A stretch of 64,000 nt of DNA from Thermofilaceae archaeon (GTDB taxonomy: Archaea; Thermoproteota; Thermoprotei; Thermofilales; Thermofilaceae), in NCBI GenBank assembly GCA_038861545.1, contig JAWCCZ010000002.1:206434-270433 (forward strand). The letters run 5' to 3'. The translations under genes and the position numbers were made by a program. The notes beneath the pieces were generated by a model. It saw only the letters and a list, made by a program, of their open reading frames with translations. It searched no databases and was not told the origin of the DNA. Below are positions 19,231 to 29,459 of this stretch, piece by piece. Positions within the stretch are counted from its first letter, which is position 1, and each line of letters starts with the position of its first letter.

Positions 19231-20235
19231 CTAGGCTGCTTCCAGTATACCTACGTATGATGGAGACTTCATCTGCCTGATCACCCGCCAACCAGCTATG
19301 CTGATCCATTCCCTTAGCTGGCTGTATGTAGGGTATATCTCCTGGCCCAGTAGGTACCCTATTAAGCTAAGCGTCCTAAACATCTTATTGTCTTGGAGAG
19401 GTTGGCTGAGTAAAGCCGCCGGAGCGGTATTGCGCATACTTCTGAGCGTGACCACAGGATCCATAACCTGCTGAAGAACTCCGAACGCGACGACTAAGTC
19501 AGCGCTTGGGACTACTTTATGCAGCTCCTCGGGCCGACCTAGGCGCGTCTCCAGCCTATCTCTAACACTGTAAGCTTCAGCCAGTTTCTCAGCTTCCCGC
19601 AGGTTTGACAGGAAGGGATCCACGAAGATTACCTTGCAACCCGTAAACCTTAGGAGGATTGTAGCGATGAAACCGCGTGCGGAACTGATGTCCACGATTA
19701 CGGTATTCGATGAAAGGCGGTTAAGACCCGCCCAGGCAACCATTAATTGGTAAATCCACTCCTGCGACCTGTTGGCTATGGCTTTCTGGTAAATTTCCAT
19801 TGATTCCTCCCGCGCCGCTAACTGGGCTAGAGGCCTAACACCCCTTAGCAGGGCTTCCGGGAGCGTTTCAAGCGTTCGGTCTACAACTTGCTTATACTCT
19901 GCAAAAAACATTGTTTCTATCGCGGGCGGTGAGCCGGAGAAGCGAATCCAGCGAAGCCTGCCTTGAACCCACTCAGCATAACCCTCGGCCTCCATTATAT
20001 CACCTACCAGTTTCGCTAAATCTGGGTTAGGGAAATCGAAAAATGGTAGTGAGGCCAGTTCCTTATCCACGCCGGATTCCTCTAAAACTCGCCTAATCTT
20101 CCATGGAACGTATTTTCGCGCTTCCCGCATCGCGGAAATACTTTCTCTAACTTCTCTGTTAAGCAGGGCACGCATCATATATGATCTAGGAAGGCGGGCA
20201 TCTCTAAGTACTGAAATAACTGGGGACTGGGACAC
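19231..20235 (-). CDS. Class I SAM-dependent methyltransferase-like protein (degenerate motif I)
   Basis: IVDISSARG (motif I), VIFVDP (motif II) and ADLVVAFGVL (motif IV-like). Confidence 0.6.
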   Translation of the reverse strand: MSQSPVISVLRDARLPRSYMMRALLNREVRESISAMREARKYVPWKIRRVLEESGVDKELASLPFFDFPNPDLAKLVGDIMEAEGYAEWVQGRLRWIRFSGSPPAIETMFFAEYKQVVDRTLETLPEALLRGVRPLAQLAAREESMEIYQKAIANRSQEWIYQLMVAWAGLNRLSSNTVIVDISSARGFIATILLRFTGCKVIFVDPFLSNLREAEKLAEAYSVRDRLETRLGRPEELHKVVPSADLVVAFGVLQQVMDPVVTLRSMRNTAPAALLSQPLQDNKMFRTLSLIGYLLGQEIYPTYSQLREWISIAGWRVIRQMKSPSYVGILEAA

Positions 20236-20286
20236 AGGAAACAGAAATAAAAACTGGTATAAATAAATTAAAGGGTAAACTTGCAG

Positions 20287-21222
20287 TTAAGCCTGCTTCA
20301 TTTTTACGCGAGTTTTTACAAACTTGGTATAAGCTAGGTAGCCGAAAACACCGGCTAGCATCAATGGCGAAAACCCGATGAGGAGTATAATTGTCCCGTA
20401 GATTACGGAGTAGAGCAGGCCTAGAGCGGAGGCGAGAGCCGGCATAGGGTCGAAACTTGGGAAGGTTACAATAGGTTTAATCTCTTTCGGCGGAGCCTCA
20501 ATATGAACCCTTATGCTTGAGAACTGGACACTTCTCTCCAAGTTTTTAAGCTGAGCTTCGTACCACTCGATGTTGGATCTCACCCTTGTAAGGTAATCTT
20601 CAACTTTCAGCAACTCCTCCACAGTTTTCGCCTGGGAGAGAAGCTGGAGCAACCTCTCCTCCTGAGCTCTCAGAGCTTTTAACCTTGCCTCCAGGTCGAT
20701 GTACTGCTCAGTCACATCCCTTGCCGTTGTCGAAACCTCTATCACGCTCGCCAGCTTTTTCAGCTCCTCCAGTGTCTTGTTGAACTTCTCCTGCGGCACC
20801 TTGAGAAGCACTACGGCGTAATCCTCACCAACATACATTTCACCAACATAGCCTCCAAACGCATCAGCAAGCCTCGACGCTCTCTCCGCAACGCGGGACA
20901 CATCCTCAATGCCCCCTACGCGCAACCTCACGTAACCCTCCATTATCACTTTCCTGCCTTCCGGCAGGCTGTACGACATGCCGCTACCACCTCCGGGCCC
21001 TGTAGTTGTAACGCTTGTCGCGGGCCCCGCTTTGCTATAGGTTGACTCCAAACCTGGACTTGAAGCAAAGCTAGGGATCCCTCCTCTTCCAATGAGTCCA
21101 AAGGGGGATCCTGTTAAAGTCTCGTAGATCGGCTGGAAGCTAATCGAAAGGAAAAAGCCGATTATGATGCCGGAAAAAAGTAGCGCTGTGCACGCGGCAA
21201 CTAATTTCACTTGTTTATTCAT
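20287..21222 (-). CDS. DUF4349 domain membrane-anchored protein
   Basis: RKVI, DVTEQYIDLEARL coiled coil, N- and C-terminal TM helices. Confidence 0.85.
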   Translation of the reverse strand: MNKQVKLVAACTALLFSGIIIGFFLSISFQPIYETLTGSPFGLIGRGGIPSFASSPGLESTYSKAGPATSVTTTGPGGGSGMSYSLPEGRKVIMEGYVRLRVGGIEDVSRVAERASRLADAFGGYVGEMYVGEDYAVVLLKVPQEKFNKTLEELKKLASVIEVSTTARDVTEQYIDLEARLKALRAQEERLLQLLSQAKTVEELLKVEDYLTRVRSNIEWYEAQLKNLERSVQFSSIRVHIEAPPKEIKPIVTFPSFDPMPALASALGLLYSVIYGTIILLIGFSPLMLAGVFGYLAYTKFVKTRVKMKQA

Positions 21223-21299
21223 CCCTATTCACCAATGCTATACTTTTAGAGGCAATTAGACTTATCCTTGCGGACACTCCGTCCGTAAAAGCGGACATC

Positions 21300-22568
21300 C
21301 TACGGGTAAAAGCTGCTACCGTACGCGGTCTCGAGCATAGCGACTACGTTCCGAGGCGGTGTACGAGGCTGAATGTTATGTACTTGGCAGAAAACGTACC
21401 CCCCACCCCTCTTAAATACCTCGACGCTAGCCTTTACATGTGCAACCACATCGTCAACTTGAGCGAAAGGAAGCACATGCTGTGTGTCGGCACCGCCTCC
21501 CCAAAACGCTAGCTGCTCGCCGAACTCCTTCTTCAACCGTTCTGGTTCCATGTTCCTAGCAGAAATTTGAACCGGGTTCAATGCATCCACGCCAGCGTCG
21601 ATAAGGTCCGGTATTAGCTCATACACGGACCCGCATGAGTGAAGGAAAACGAACATTTTTGAATGCTTCTTCACGTACTGGTACAGCTCTTCGTGGTACG
21701 GTTTCAGCATTTCCCTGTAAACTTTCGGCGGGATCTGTGGACCCGCTTGAGTTCCTAAATCGTCGCCGAACTCGATTACATGGATGAAATCCTTTAAAGC
21801 TTCCACGTACTTTTTCACGTTGTGTAGGTTCACCTCAAGCATGTAGTCGAGAATCTTCGAAGCTAGGCTTTTTCTAAAGGTTAAGTCTACCAGCCACGTA
21901 CTCCAACCACGCAACCCTTGACCCCACTCGTGGAAACCCGAGTACGTGGAGTACATAAGGGCGTAGTCGGTGGTCCTGTAAAGGTGCTCAGCCTTCCTCC
22001 TCACCCATTCAACTTGGGCATCGCTAACCTTATACATGTCCCAGTTGTAGCTGTCAACCTCCTCAGGGCTCTTTACCCCAGCTAAAGGATGATCGCTTTG
22101 CCAGCTATTGACACCGCCGAAGTAGTAGCTCCCTCTTGGCATCCTTGACACAATTTTGCTACTTGCGTTTCTGATAACCCAGCCGCCTTCTCCATCCGGC
22201 TCCGGGTTAAACCACTCAGGGATTTCGCATGGAGTACCATCAGGTAAAACCCACGGTTTCCATCTCCGCCCGTCAGGACCGCATGGGTCTAGGCTCCTCG
22301 TAACATCCAGCACGTCGACGTGGAAGAGCTCGAGTATACTTTTTTCTGGTTCAGCGAGCTGTTGTCCTGTATCGTACACACGGATTACACCGCCTTTAAA
22401 GTTGAGGTATCTCCTTAACCCCGCGTAGGCTACTGCGTGGATACCGGTTGAAGCCATTGCACCTAAGTCGATTGGTACTCTATCGGGCTCCTCATGACGT
22501 AGTGCAGCAATAACGCGTTCCCTGCGGCTCATCCACTCTTTAGTGGACACGCTTCCTCCACTAGACAT
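21300..22568 (-). CDS. Uroporphyrinogen decarboxylase/MtaA-CmuA family TIM-barrel protein
   Basis: RERVIAALRHEEPDRVP, GDDLGTQ, HSCG, LNPVQ and FWGGG motifs. Confidence 0.88.
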   Translation of the reverse strand: MSSGGSVSTKEWMSRRERVIAALRHEEPDRVPIDLGAMASTGIHAVAYAGLRRYLNFKGGVIRVYDTGQQLAEPEKSILELFHVDVLDVTRSLDPCGPDGRRWKPWVLPDGTPCEIPEWFNPEPDGEGGWVIRNASSKIVSRMPRGSYYFGGVNSWQSDHPLAGVKSPEEVDSYNWDMYKVSDAQVEWVRRKAEHLYRTTDYALMYSTYSGFHEWGQGLRGWSTWLVDLTFRKSLASKILDYMLEVNLHNVKKYVEALKDFIHVIEFGDDLGTQAGPQIPPKVYREMLKPYHEELYQYVKKHSKMFVFLHSCGSVYELIPDLIDAGVDALNPVQISARNMEPERLKKEFGEQLAFWGGGADTQHVLPFAQVDDVVAHVKASVEVFKRGGGYVFCQVHNIQPRTPPRNVVAMLETAYGSSFYP

Positions 22569-22660
22569 ACTTAAAATGGTTAACCTTACCCCCGGTTAGG
22601 GCTAACTCTTTTAAGTCAAGATGCTCGAAGAAAATTGAATGAAAAGATTATAGAAGACCG

Positions 22661-23488
22661 TTAACCAAGCAAGCGGTCCGCCACAATATCTAACATTAAT
22701 GTCCAGATATCATAGAAAGCCCTGGGCACTTCGCCTTCCATCATTCTTTCATCAACAATCTTCCAGTAGCCGGTACACACATGACACACACTTAGCTTGA
22801 AGGGTTTACCTTTACCGGCATCAACTGTTGTAACAAGTTGCGCGTCGTCGTTCCCGCAGAATGGGCATTTATCCTGTTGATAGCCCCACTCGGTGCCACA
22901 GAACTGGCACTTCAAGTTGAAAGCTCCGTCCCTATCCACGAAACCGAGCCTGGCAAAACTCCCGCATACGGGGCATCGCCCAGCGTGCCAAGCTGACAGG
23001 TCAACTTCGCTGACAAGGCGTTCAGAGAGAGCAGTGTAAGCTGGCTGTATGGACCACGCGACTAGCGTCTTCATAGCCGCCGAGTCTACTCCAGCTTCAC
23101 CTGCCAAGCTGTCAGCTTCGCTTACCTCGCCAGCCAACATACGCTTAGCAACTTCAGCTAGCCTGAGCCGCCCATTGTTCCACGCGTCAACTATCATCTG
23201 AACATTCGCAGCTTCACTTGGAATCCTGTTAACAACGAGCTCCGCAATAGCCTTTACCGAAGAACCTACTTCTTCTTCGCTTAACCACAACCCCACTGCC
23301 ATGGAAGCCGGAGTACCTGACTCCACCGCTTCTTTAGCGGCTTGCATATCTAACCTATTGAGTGTATTAGAATACTCATCTTTCAACCTGTCCTGCATTT
23401 CTAAGAGATCAAGGAAAGCTTCAAAGGATTGATCATCGACAGGAACATCGCCTCGTATAGAACTAGTTTTCTCCCTTAAGTTACTCAT
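22661..23488 (-). CDS. fdhE: Formate dehydrogenase accessory protein FdhE family
   Basis: Four CxxC pairs (CPVC, CQFC, CPFC, CHVC) in the FdhE arrangement. Confidence 0.82.
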   Translation of the reverse strand: MSNLREKTSSIRGDVPVDDQSFEAFLDLLEMQDRLKDEYSNTLNRLDMQAAKEAVESGTPASMAVGLWLSEEEVGSSVKAIAELVVNRIPSEAANVQMIVDAWNNGRLRLAEVAKRMLAGEVSEADSLAGEAGVDSAAMKTLVAWSIQPAYTALSERLVSEVDLSAWHAGRCPVCGSFARLGFVDRDGAFNLKCQFCGTEWGYQQDKCPFCGNDDAQLVTTVDAGKGKPFKLSVCHVCTGYWKIVDERMMEGEVPRAFYDIWTLMLDIVADRLLG

Positions 23489-23506
23489 TTAAACCATCTC
23501 TCGAAG

Positions 23507-24274
23507 CTATGGGAATGGGGTAGAATTAAGCCTACCGGTTCCATGCTGCGTAGCCGCCAACCGGCGGAGAAGCTTGAGGTCTATCCGCTTAAACTCTAGC
23601 CCCTCTTTTACGAGGACTGCTTGAACCCCTTTTGCCAGCTTCTCAGCCACGAGAATCCCTCTAACCTCCCTGCCCAGCTCCCTTCTCAACGTTTCAACAT
23701 ATCTCTTCAATTGAATAGCTGCTTCGACTCCAGCTACCCCACGCTTTACCTCTACTACTACTAAGCGCCCCTGGGAATCCACGAATAATGCATCAATGAA
23801 CCCGCTTCCAGTCCTCCGTTCAACTCCAGCTGGCTGTAACCCCTCCTCGATGAACTGGGGGTTCTTTATCAAATGATCACGAACCTCTCGCTCAGAGCCG
23901 TGCATTTGTAGCTCCTCTTCATCGCGCAGCTTACCATAAGCTAAGAAGAACACTTCATCAAACTCTATTAGAAGCTCCTCCCAAGGCTTAAGGCGAACAC
24001 ACCTTAAAAGAAGCTTGCCTCTTACAATCTCGCTCGAGATCATTGAGCCAGCTGGTTGCCAATTTACTGGCTCATACCCGGTAGGCCGATGCACGAGAAT
24101 ACTCCCATCCTGTTTTAAAAGTATTATACGCTCTCCGGACCCTAGGATGGAAGATGCACGTCCCCTATACTTCACACTACAGCGTGCCACTACAATACAT
24201 GAGCGACCTTCAGCTATAGCTGTTTTCAGACTTATACAAGCTTCACTCACTGTAGGTTTAGTTAATAATTCCAC
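23507..24274 (-). CDS. nucS: Mismatch-specific endonuclease NucS/EndoMS
   Basis: YRGRASS, KQDGSILVH, PVNWQP and GFIDAL...VVVEVKR...QLKRY motifs. Confidence 0.93.
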   Translation of the reverse strand: MELLTKPTVSEACISLKTAIAEGRSCIVVARCSVKYRGRASSILGSGERIILLKQDGSILVHRPTGYEPVNWQPAGSMISSEIVRGKLLLRCVRLKPWEELLIEFDEVFFLAYGKLRDEEELQMHGSEREVRDHLIKNPQFIEEGLQPAGVERRTGSGFIDALFVDSQGRLVVVEVKRGVAGVEAAIQLKRYVETLRRELGREVRGILVAEKLAKGVQAVLVKEGLEFKRIDLKLLRRLAATQHGTGRLNSTPFP

Positions 24275-24462
24275 ACTCCATCTGAACCAAGTGGGGCTTT
24301 AATACCCAACACTTACCTTTAAAACCTGCGGTAGTTTAACACTATCAGCCTGGATTAGTAGGCTGACTTCAAACCTGTTAACAATCAATTTCCTGAACTT
24401 CCTGTTTACAAGCTAGAACTATTGACCTTCATTATATAAATTGATTCAGTACTTAGAGTAGA

Positions 24463-24740
24463 ATGAGTTGATGAACCGGTTAAGGGCACTACTATCCACA
24501 TTAGAAAAAGCGGCAATGTTTACAACCGGGCTCGCCTACTTTCATGCAGAGTAGGGGTAAATTACACGTTAACTAAGGCTTGAGAGACATGATGATACTA
24601 ACCGAGAAAAAGAGTAGATAATACTAGAGATTCAGTAACAGGCAGCGAAGTCAGCGTATGGATTTATGTTGCAGTTTACAGCATAAGGGGTAGCAACTTT
24701 ACTGGAGGAGTTGAACTCTACTCGAATTCTCTGACGCCGG
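24463..24740 (+). pseudogene. Probable heavily decayed HEPN-domain gene remnant
   Basis: Frame from 24471 reads MNRLRALLSTLEKAAMFTTGLAYFHAE* (HEPN-type LA-x-FHAEQ with CAG changed to TAG). LLEFSDA follows at about 24718. TATA box at 24432-24440. Confidence 0.35.
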
Positions 24741-24818
24741 TCTAGCGAACAACAACAAATTTGAAAATAAAGGAGGCGAATAGTTATCCAGAAACGATTT
24801 ATGCCCTTTAAGTTAGTG

Positions 24819-25736
24819 TCAGTCTATCAACAAGTGGGCGTATCGGAACATTGAATCAGGTGCAAGCGTTGCTATAACCTTGCTTCCAGTTTCCTCTGCG
24901 ACTTTAAGAGCGCCTACGACGTTAGCGCCAGTAGATAATCCACCCAGCACTCCTTCTTCTTTAGCTAACCTCAGCATCGTTTCGTAAGCCTTTCGGTAAT
25001 CTACTTCTACCAATAAGTCTATCAGCCCCGAGTATTTTTCGTAAATAAAGGATACTGTACTTGTAGCGAGCCCCTCAATTGGTTCGCCGAGCGTTGGACA
25101 ACCAGTAACTATGGGGGACCCTTTAGGCACAACCCCTACGATTTTAGTTCTCATCCCCTTTTCTCTAAAAAATTGAGCGACACCGGCTATCGTTCCCGCT
25201 GTACCGATTCCCATTACGAAGGCATCAGGCTCACCCCCTAGTTGCGAGTAAAGCTCGGCGGCCGTCGTCTCGTAGTGGGCTTTCACATTAGCTTCGTTTT
25301 CAAACTGGTTAAGAAAAACACAACCCCACTCGGCGGCGAGCCTTTTTGCGACTTTTACCGAGTGCTCTGGGTGATCAAGAGGGACTCTAGGTGCAAAAAC
25401 TACTTTAGCTCCGAGGGCTTTAATTATTGAAACCTTAGCTGGAGAAATCCCCTCTTCAACTACTATTATCGCATTATAGCCCAACTGTGATGCAAGCCAA
25501 GCTACTGAGATAGCAGTGTTCCCGCTCGAGGCTTCAACTATTGTACCTCCTTGCTTTAGCAACCCCTTCCTCTCGGCTTCCCTTATCATATAGAGGGCAA
25601 TCCTATCTTTATGGCTTCCAGTGGGGTTCATGTACTCTAGCTTCACGTAGATATGTGCCTTTCCAGGCGGAATCTTTTGTAGCTTTACCAACGGAGTATT
25701 ACCGATAAGCTCTACCAAGCTACTATAGAACCTCAT
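24819..25736 (-). CDS. PLP-dependent cysteine synthase/cystathionine beta-synthase family protein
   Basis: IGNTPLV, NPTGSHKDR (PLP lysine), SSGNT and GIGTAGT motifs. Confidence 0.9.
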   Translation of the reverse strand: MRFYSSLVELIGNTPLVKLQKIPPGKAHIYVKLEYMNPTGSHKDRIALYMIREAERKGLLKQGGTIVEASSGNTAISVAWLASQLGYNAIIVVEEGISPAKVSIIKALGAKVVFAPRVPLDHPEHSVKVAKRLAAEWGCVFLNQFENEANVKAHYETTAAELYSQLGGEPDAFVMGIGTAGTIAGVAQFFREKGMRTKIVGVVPKGSPIVTGCPTLGEPIEGLATSTVSFIYEKYSGLIDLLVEVDYRKAYETMLRLAKEEGVLGGLSTGANVVGALKVAEETGSKVIATLAPDSMFRYAHLLID

Positions 25737-25954
25737 AAAGTAACTCTCAATAACACACTTATAAAACTTATAAAAAGAAAACAGAGTTCATCTGTAAACA
25801 CTCTAAACTTTTTACAGTTTCTACAAATCATTTGATTACCATAGCTGAAGGAATGAATGATTTTTCCAATAGATGAAAAAAAGATTGACTTTAAGCATGT
25901 GAATGGAACAGTGAACTAAGCGCGGATATTTTAGCTACCGCAGGTGCTACAGCT

Positions 25955-27061
25955 GTGGAAAATCCGGTTGAAAATCTTGTATTAGACGTTTTCGAGGGGG
26001 CAACGGAGGCCATACCCTTCAATATTCGCCACGAGTACTGGTACCATGTTAACAGGGCAGCAAAAACTTTACCGTACGAGTATGAGAGGCTCGACCTACC
26101 GGACATTTGCAAATTATGGAACGCTACCTGGAGATGCTACAGTGGCTACTATGTTGAAAGTTGCGTGAAAGTAGGGTACGAAAATATCGTTTTCAAAACC
26201 GAGGTAATTGACAACAGGACTATTACCTCCGTCTTAACCCCTTTTGGCGAGCTAAGAAGAGTGCTCGCATATGATCAGTACGGGTTATCGGCTCAAACCT
26301 TAGAATTCCCCGTTAAAAGTGTCAATGATTTTAGAGCACTCGAATACGTGTTAGGGAGCATTAAAGTTAAGTTTGACCACGCCGCGTATGAGAAGCTTAA
26401 ACTACGGGCAGGTTCACAGGGCTTTATCACATACTTTTTCCCACACAGCCCTTTACAGGCATTGTTCCTTGACTGGGCCGGTATTCCAACTACTGTGAGG
26501 TTACTTAGGCTGGAAAGAAAAAGAGTCGAAGAGCTTATGGAAGCTATCCACGAGCACAACTGGGTGTTTTACAGGGAACTAGCCCGGTCACCTATGAAAA
26601 TCCTCAACTTGGGGGAGAACATTGATGTAAGAATAACCTCCCCCGAGCTTTTTAGAAGGTACTGTTTACCCATTTACGCAGAAGTTGCTGATTACTTACA
26701 TGGTTATAACAAATATGTTCATATCCATGTTGATGGTTATGCCAAGCAGCTGCTTGCGCTGCTGGGAGAGACCGGGCTTGATGGAGTAGAGGCTTTAACA
26801 CCAAAACCGGTTGGTGATTTTACTTTAGAGGAAGCTAAAGATCGAATCGGTGATATGGTGGTGCTAGATGGAATACCTTACCTTCTGTTCCTACCTCACC
26901 TTGACTTGGAACTATTGAAAAAATTCGTATACAGGATTGTAGAATTATTTAGAAGTCAATTAATCTTAGGTATCTCTGATGAGCTTCCACCTCCAGCCGA
27001 CCTGGAAAGGGTAAAGCTAGTTTCTAAAATGCTTGAAGAGTTAAATAGCCGTTCTAGCTAA
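25955..27061 (+). CDS. Divergent uroporphyrinogen decarboxylase family protein
   Basis: TPFGEL, EFPVKSVND, HIHVDG, EALTPKPVGD and ILGISDELPP motifs. Start uncertain. Confidence 0.75.
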   Translation: MENPVENLVLDVFEGATEAIPFNIRHEYWYHVNRAAKTLPYEYERLDLPDICKLWNATWRCYSGYYVESCVKVGYENIVFKTEVIDNRTITSVLTPFGELRRVLAYDQYGLSAQTLEFPVKSVNDFRALEYVLGSIKVKFDHAAYEKLKLRAGSQGFITYFFPHSPLQALFLDWAGIPTTVRLLRLERKRVEELMEAIHEHNWVFYRELARSPMKILNLGENIDVRITSPELFRRYCLPIYAEVADYLHGYNKYVHIHVDGYAKQLLALLGETGLDGVEALTPKPVGDFTLEEAKDRIGDMVVLDGIPYLLFLPHLDLELLKKFVYRIVELFRSQLILGISDELPPPADLERVKLVSKMLEELNSRSS

Positions 27062-27193
27062 TACTCTCTTAACATAACATTTTCTTGCTACACTATCATC
27101 ATCTTAGAATGTATAATCAGCATTACTCTTAAAGATTCTTAAAAAAATAATAATAAAATATTTAATAATACCCACCGGTACAGTAATCTCGTA

Positions 27194-27967
27194 ATGTCAA
27201 CAACTGCAAGAAATACAGTTGTCGCGTATCTACTTATAGCCATTATGGCGCTGGTTTTTCCAACCATATTACTGTCTCCACAACCAGACAGCTTTACTGT
27301 ATATGTTAACCTCTACACTACAGTTACTGCTCTCATAGCAGTGTTACACTGCTTCAGAATACTAGAAACATTACACCAAAGCTCCTCTAGCTTAATAAGA
27401 CCCTGGATCTTCATTACAGCTGGCTTAGCTTTATGGACATCCGCTGAACTCACCTTTTCAACTCACCTTGTTTTACTAGGGGAAGCTCCACTTCTTTCTT
27501 TAGCGGATTTCCTTTGGCTTATAGGTTACCCGTTCCTTTTCCATGGAATCTCAGGGATAGCTAGTCCGATTTCTAGGTTATTAAGACAAGCTGGACTTAA
27601 AAATGGGAAACGAGTTAAATTATTTGTCCATATATTGGTAATTGCATTCATATTCATGATCCTAGCTGTGCGGAGTCCAATCATCTTGGAAAAAGGTGTT
27701 TTAGAGATCATCATGACTTTGTACGTTGTCTTAGACCTTGCGCTTTTAACCTTAGCTTTAAGTACAGTGACGGTATTTTACCCTGGGTATTACGCATTCC
27801 CGCTAACGCTCATCTGCGCTAGCTTTGCAATGTTCGCAGTAAGCGATTTCCTTTACATGATGGCTGGTGCCTATGAATCAACACTGGCTGATTTGATTTA
27901 TGCTTTTACCTATGTAACTTTAAACATAGGTCTGTACCTTTACTGGAAAAAAGGATTTTACCCCTAA
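27194..27967 (+). CDS. Multi-pass membrane protein resembling a stand-alone membrane sensor domain
   Basis: About 8 TM helices; W-x-x-x-x-x-G and SLADFLWLIGYP motifs. Confidence 0.65.
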   Translation: MSTTARNTVVAYLLIAIMALVFPTILLSPQPDSFTVYVNLYTTVTALIAVLHCFRILETLHQSSSSLIRPWIFITAGLALWTSAELTFSTHLVLLGEAPLLSLADFLWLIGYPFLFHGISGIASPISRLLRQAGLKNGKRVKLFVHILVIAFIFMILAVRSPIILEKGVLEIIMTLYVVLDLALLTLALSTVTVFYPGYYAFPLTLICASFAMFAVSDFLYMMAGAYESTLADLIYAFTYVTLNIGLYLYWKKGFYP

Positions 27968-28051
27968 CTAGTAACTCATTACATAGTAGCATATCTAGTA
28001 GAGCCTCGGCGACGCTGTTAGCTGTTAACCGCCAATCTTATTAAAAACTCT

Positions 28052-29362
28052 ATGTGGAAAGCATGCATGCTTAAGATAGGATTGATTTTCTCTGTAATGC
28101 CTAAGGCTACTGCTACATGGCCGTATACGGGTTTCGACTATGAGGCAAGGGTCTCCTACCTTTCTAATATGATCCGCGAAAGTTTACCTGGCGTGGAATT
28201 CGAAGAACAGATTATAAAAAACCCGAGTGAGTTTAAAGATAACCCATCCATTAGCGCTTACGCAGTAGTGCTTGTAGGGATCTGGAACGGTGTTCCGGCA
28301 CGCATCGCTCAAACTGGGAAGCCTACATTACTTATTGATGACCTCTACGGTGGTTCAGGTGAGTTTTTAGAGACGCTCGCTTGGGCTGGAAGGGAAAGGT
28401 TAAAAGTAGCTGGTGTAGCTTCCTCGAATCCTCAGGACATTAAAACGGCTTTATGGGCTTTAACAGCTGTTAGCGAAGTATCTAGATCCAAGTTACTTAT
28501 CGTAAAATATATGGAGCATGAAGCCTTTGATAAGATTCGCCTGGTTGTCAAGGAGAGAATCGGCGCCGAACTAATCCTAGTTAAGCCTGAAGAGCTAATG
28601 GTCGAGTATGAAAAAACCAATGAACCCGAGGCAGAGCGTTTAGCCGAGCGTTGGATAACCAGGGCGCTGGCTGTTGTTGAGCCTCAAAAAGCGGAGATTA
28701 TAAAGTCGGCAAGGATGTATATAGCTATGAAGAGACTTGTAGAGAAGTATAGTGCGCAGGGTATTACCATCGATTGCCTCGGTTTATTCTACGCCGGTAA
28801 ACTGCCGGCTTATCCGTGCTTAGGCTTTGTTGAACTCCTTAATCAAGGTATAGTGGGGGCATGCGAGGCAGACATCGACTCGGCTCTCACTCAACTGTTG
28901 ATACAGTTCGCTACTGGGAGACCTGGCTTTATATCCGATCCCGTGATCGACGTGGGAGCAAAACAAATAATCTACGCACATTGTCTCGCACCGACTAAAG
29001 TTTACGGTGGCTCAGGGCCAGAAGTGCCGTACAAGATACGATCACATGCAGAGGATAGAGCTGGAGCCGCGGTACAGGTCTACTGGCCTCCTGGAGAGCC
29101 GGTCACTACAGTTAAGCTCAACCTAGAAGAGAGAGCTATAGCAATTCACAGCGGCATTATCTGCGGTAACGTGGAGGAGGAAAAAGCCTGCAGGACTAAA
29201 GTTGCTTCCACCGCCAAAGTTGAAAGTATACTGGATAGCTGGAATCGAGATGCACACTTTGGATGGCATAGGGTTTCCGTTGTAGGCGATTATAGAAAAT
29301 TATTCAAAATAGTAGCCCGCCTACTAGGTTTCAAGGTTATTGAAGAGGATGTCTGCTGTTAG
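28052..29362 (+). CDS. L-fucose/L-arabinose isomerase-family protein
   Basis: ITIDCL, PCLG, ACEAD, GFISDP, YAHC and CRTK motifs. Confidence 0.75.
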   Translation: MWKACMLKIGLIFSVMPKATATWPYTGFDYEARVSYLSNMIRESLPGVEFEEQIIKNPSEFKDNPSISAYAVVLVGIWNGVPARIAQTGKPTLLIDDLYGGSGEFLETLAWAGRERLKVAGVASSNPQDIKTALWALTAVSEVSRSKLLIVKYMEHEAFDKIRLVVKERIGAELILVKPEELMVEYEKTNEPEAERLAERWITRALAVVEPQKAEIIKSARMYIAMKRLVEKYSAQGITIDCLGLFYAGKLPAYPCLGFVELLNQGIVGACEADIDSALTQLLIQFATGRPGFISDPVIDVGAKQIIYAHCLAPTKVYGGSGPEVPYKIRSHAEDRAGAAVQVYWPPGEPVTTVKLNLEERAIAIHSGIICGNVEEEKACRTKVASTAKVESILDSWNRDAHFGWHRVSVVGDYRKLFKIVARLLGFKVIEEDVCC

Positions 29363-29459
29363 GAAGCTAAGCACTAGCAGCAGTATCAACATGTGTTCTA
29401 CAACGGTCAATACTTGTGGTAGCGTGTGAAAGCCTATTACTTGAAGAGAGCCTGAAAGC

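Noticed and set aside
24589-24650. ATGATGA (C-box-like) as a C/D box sRNA
   Set aside because: No CTGA D box at the expected 45-60 nt distance.
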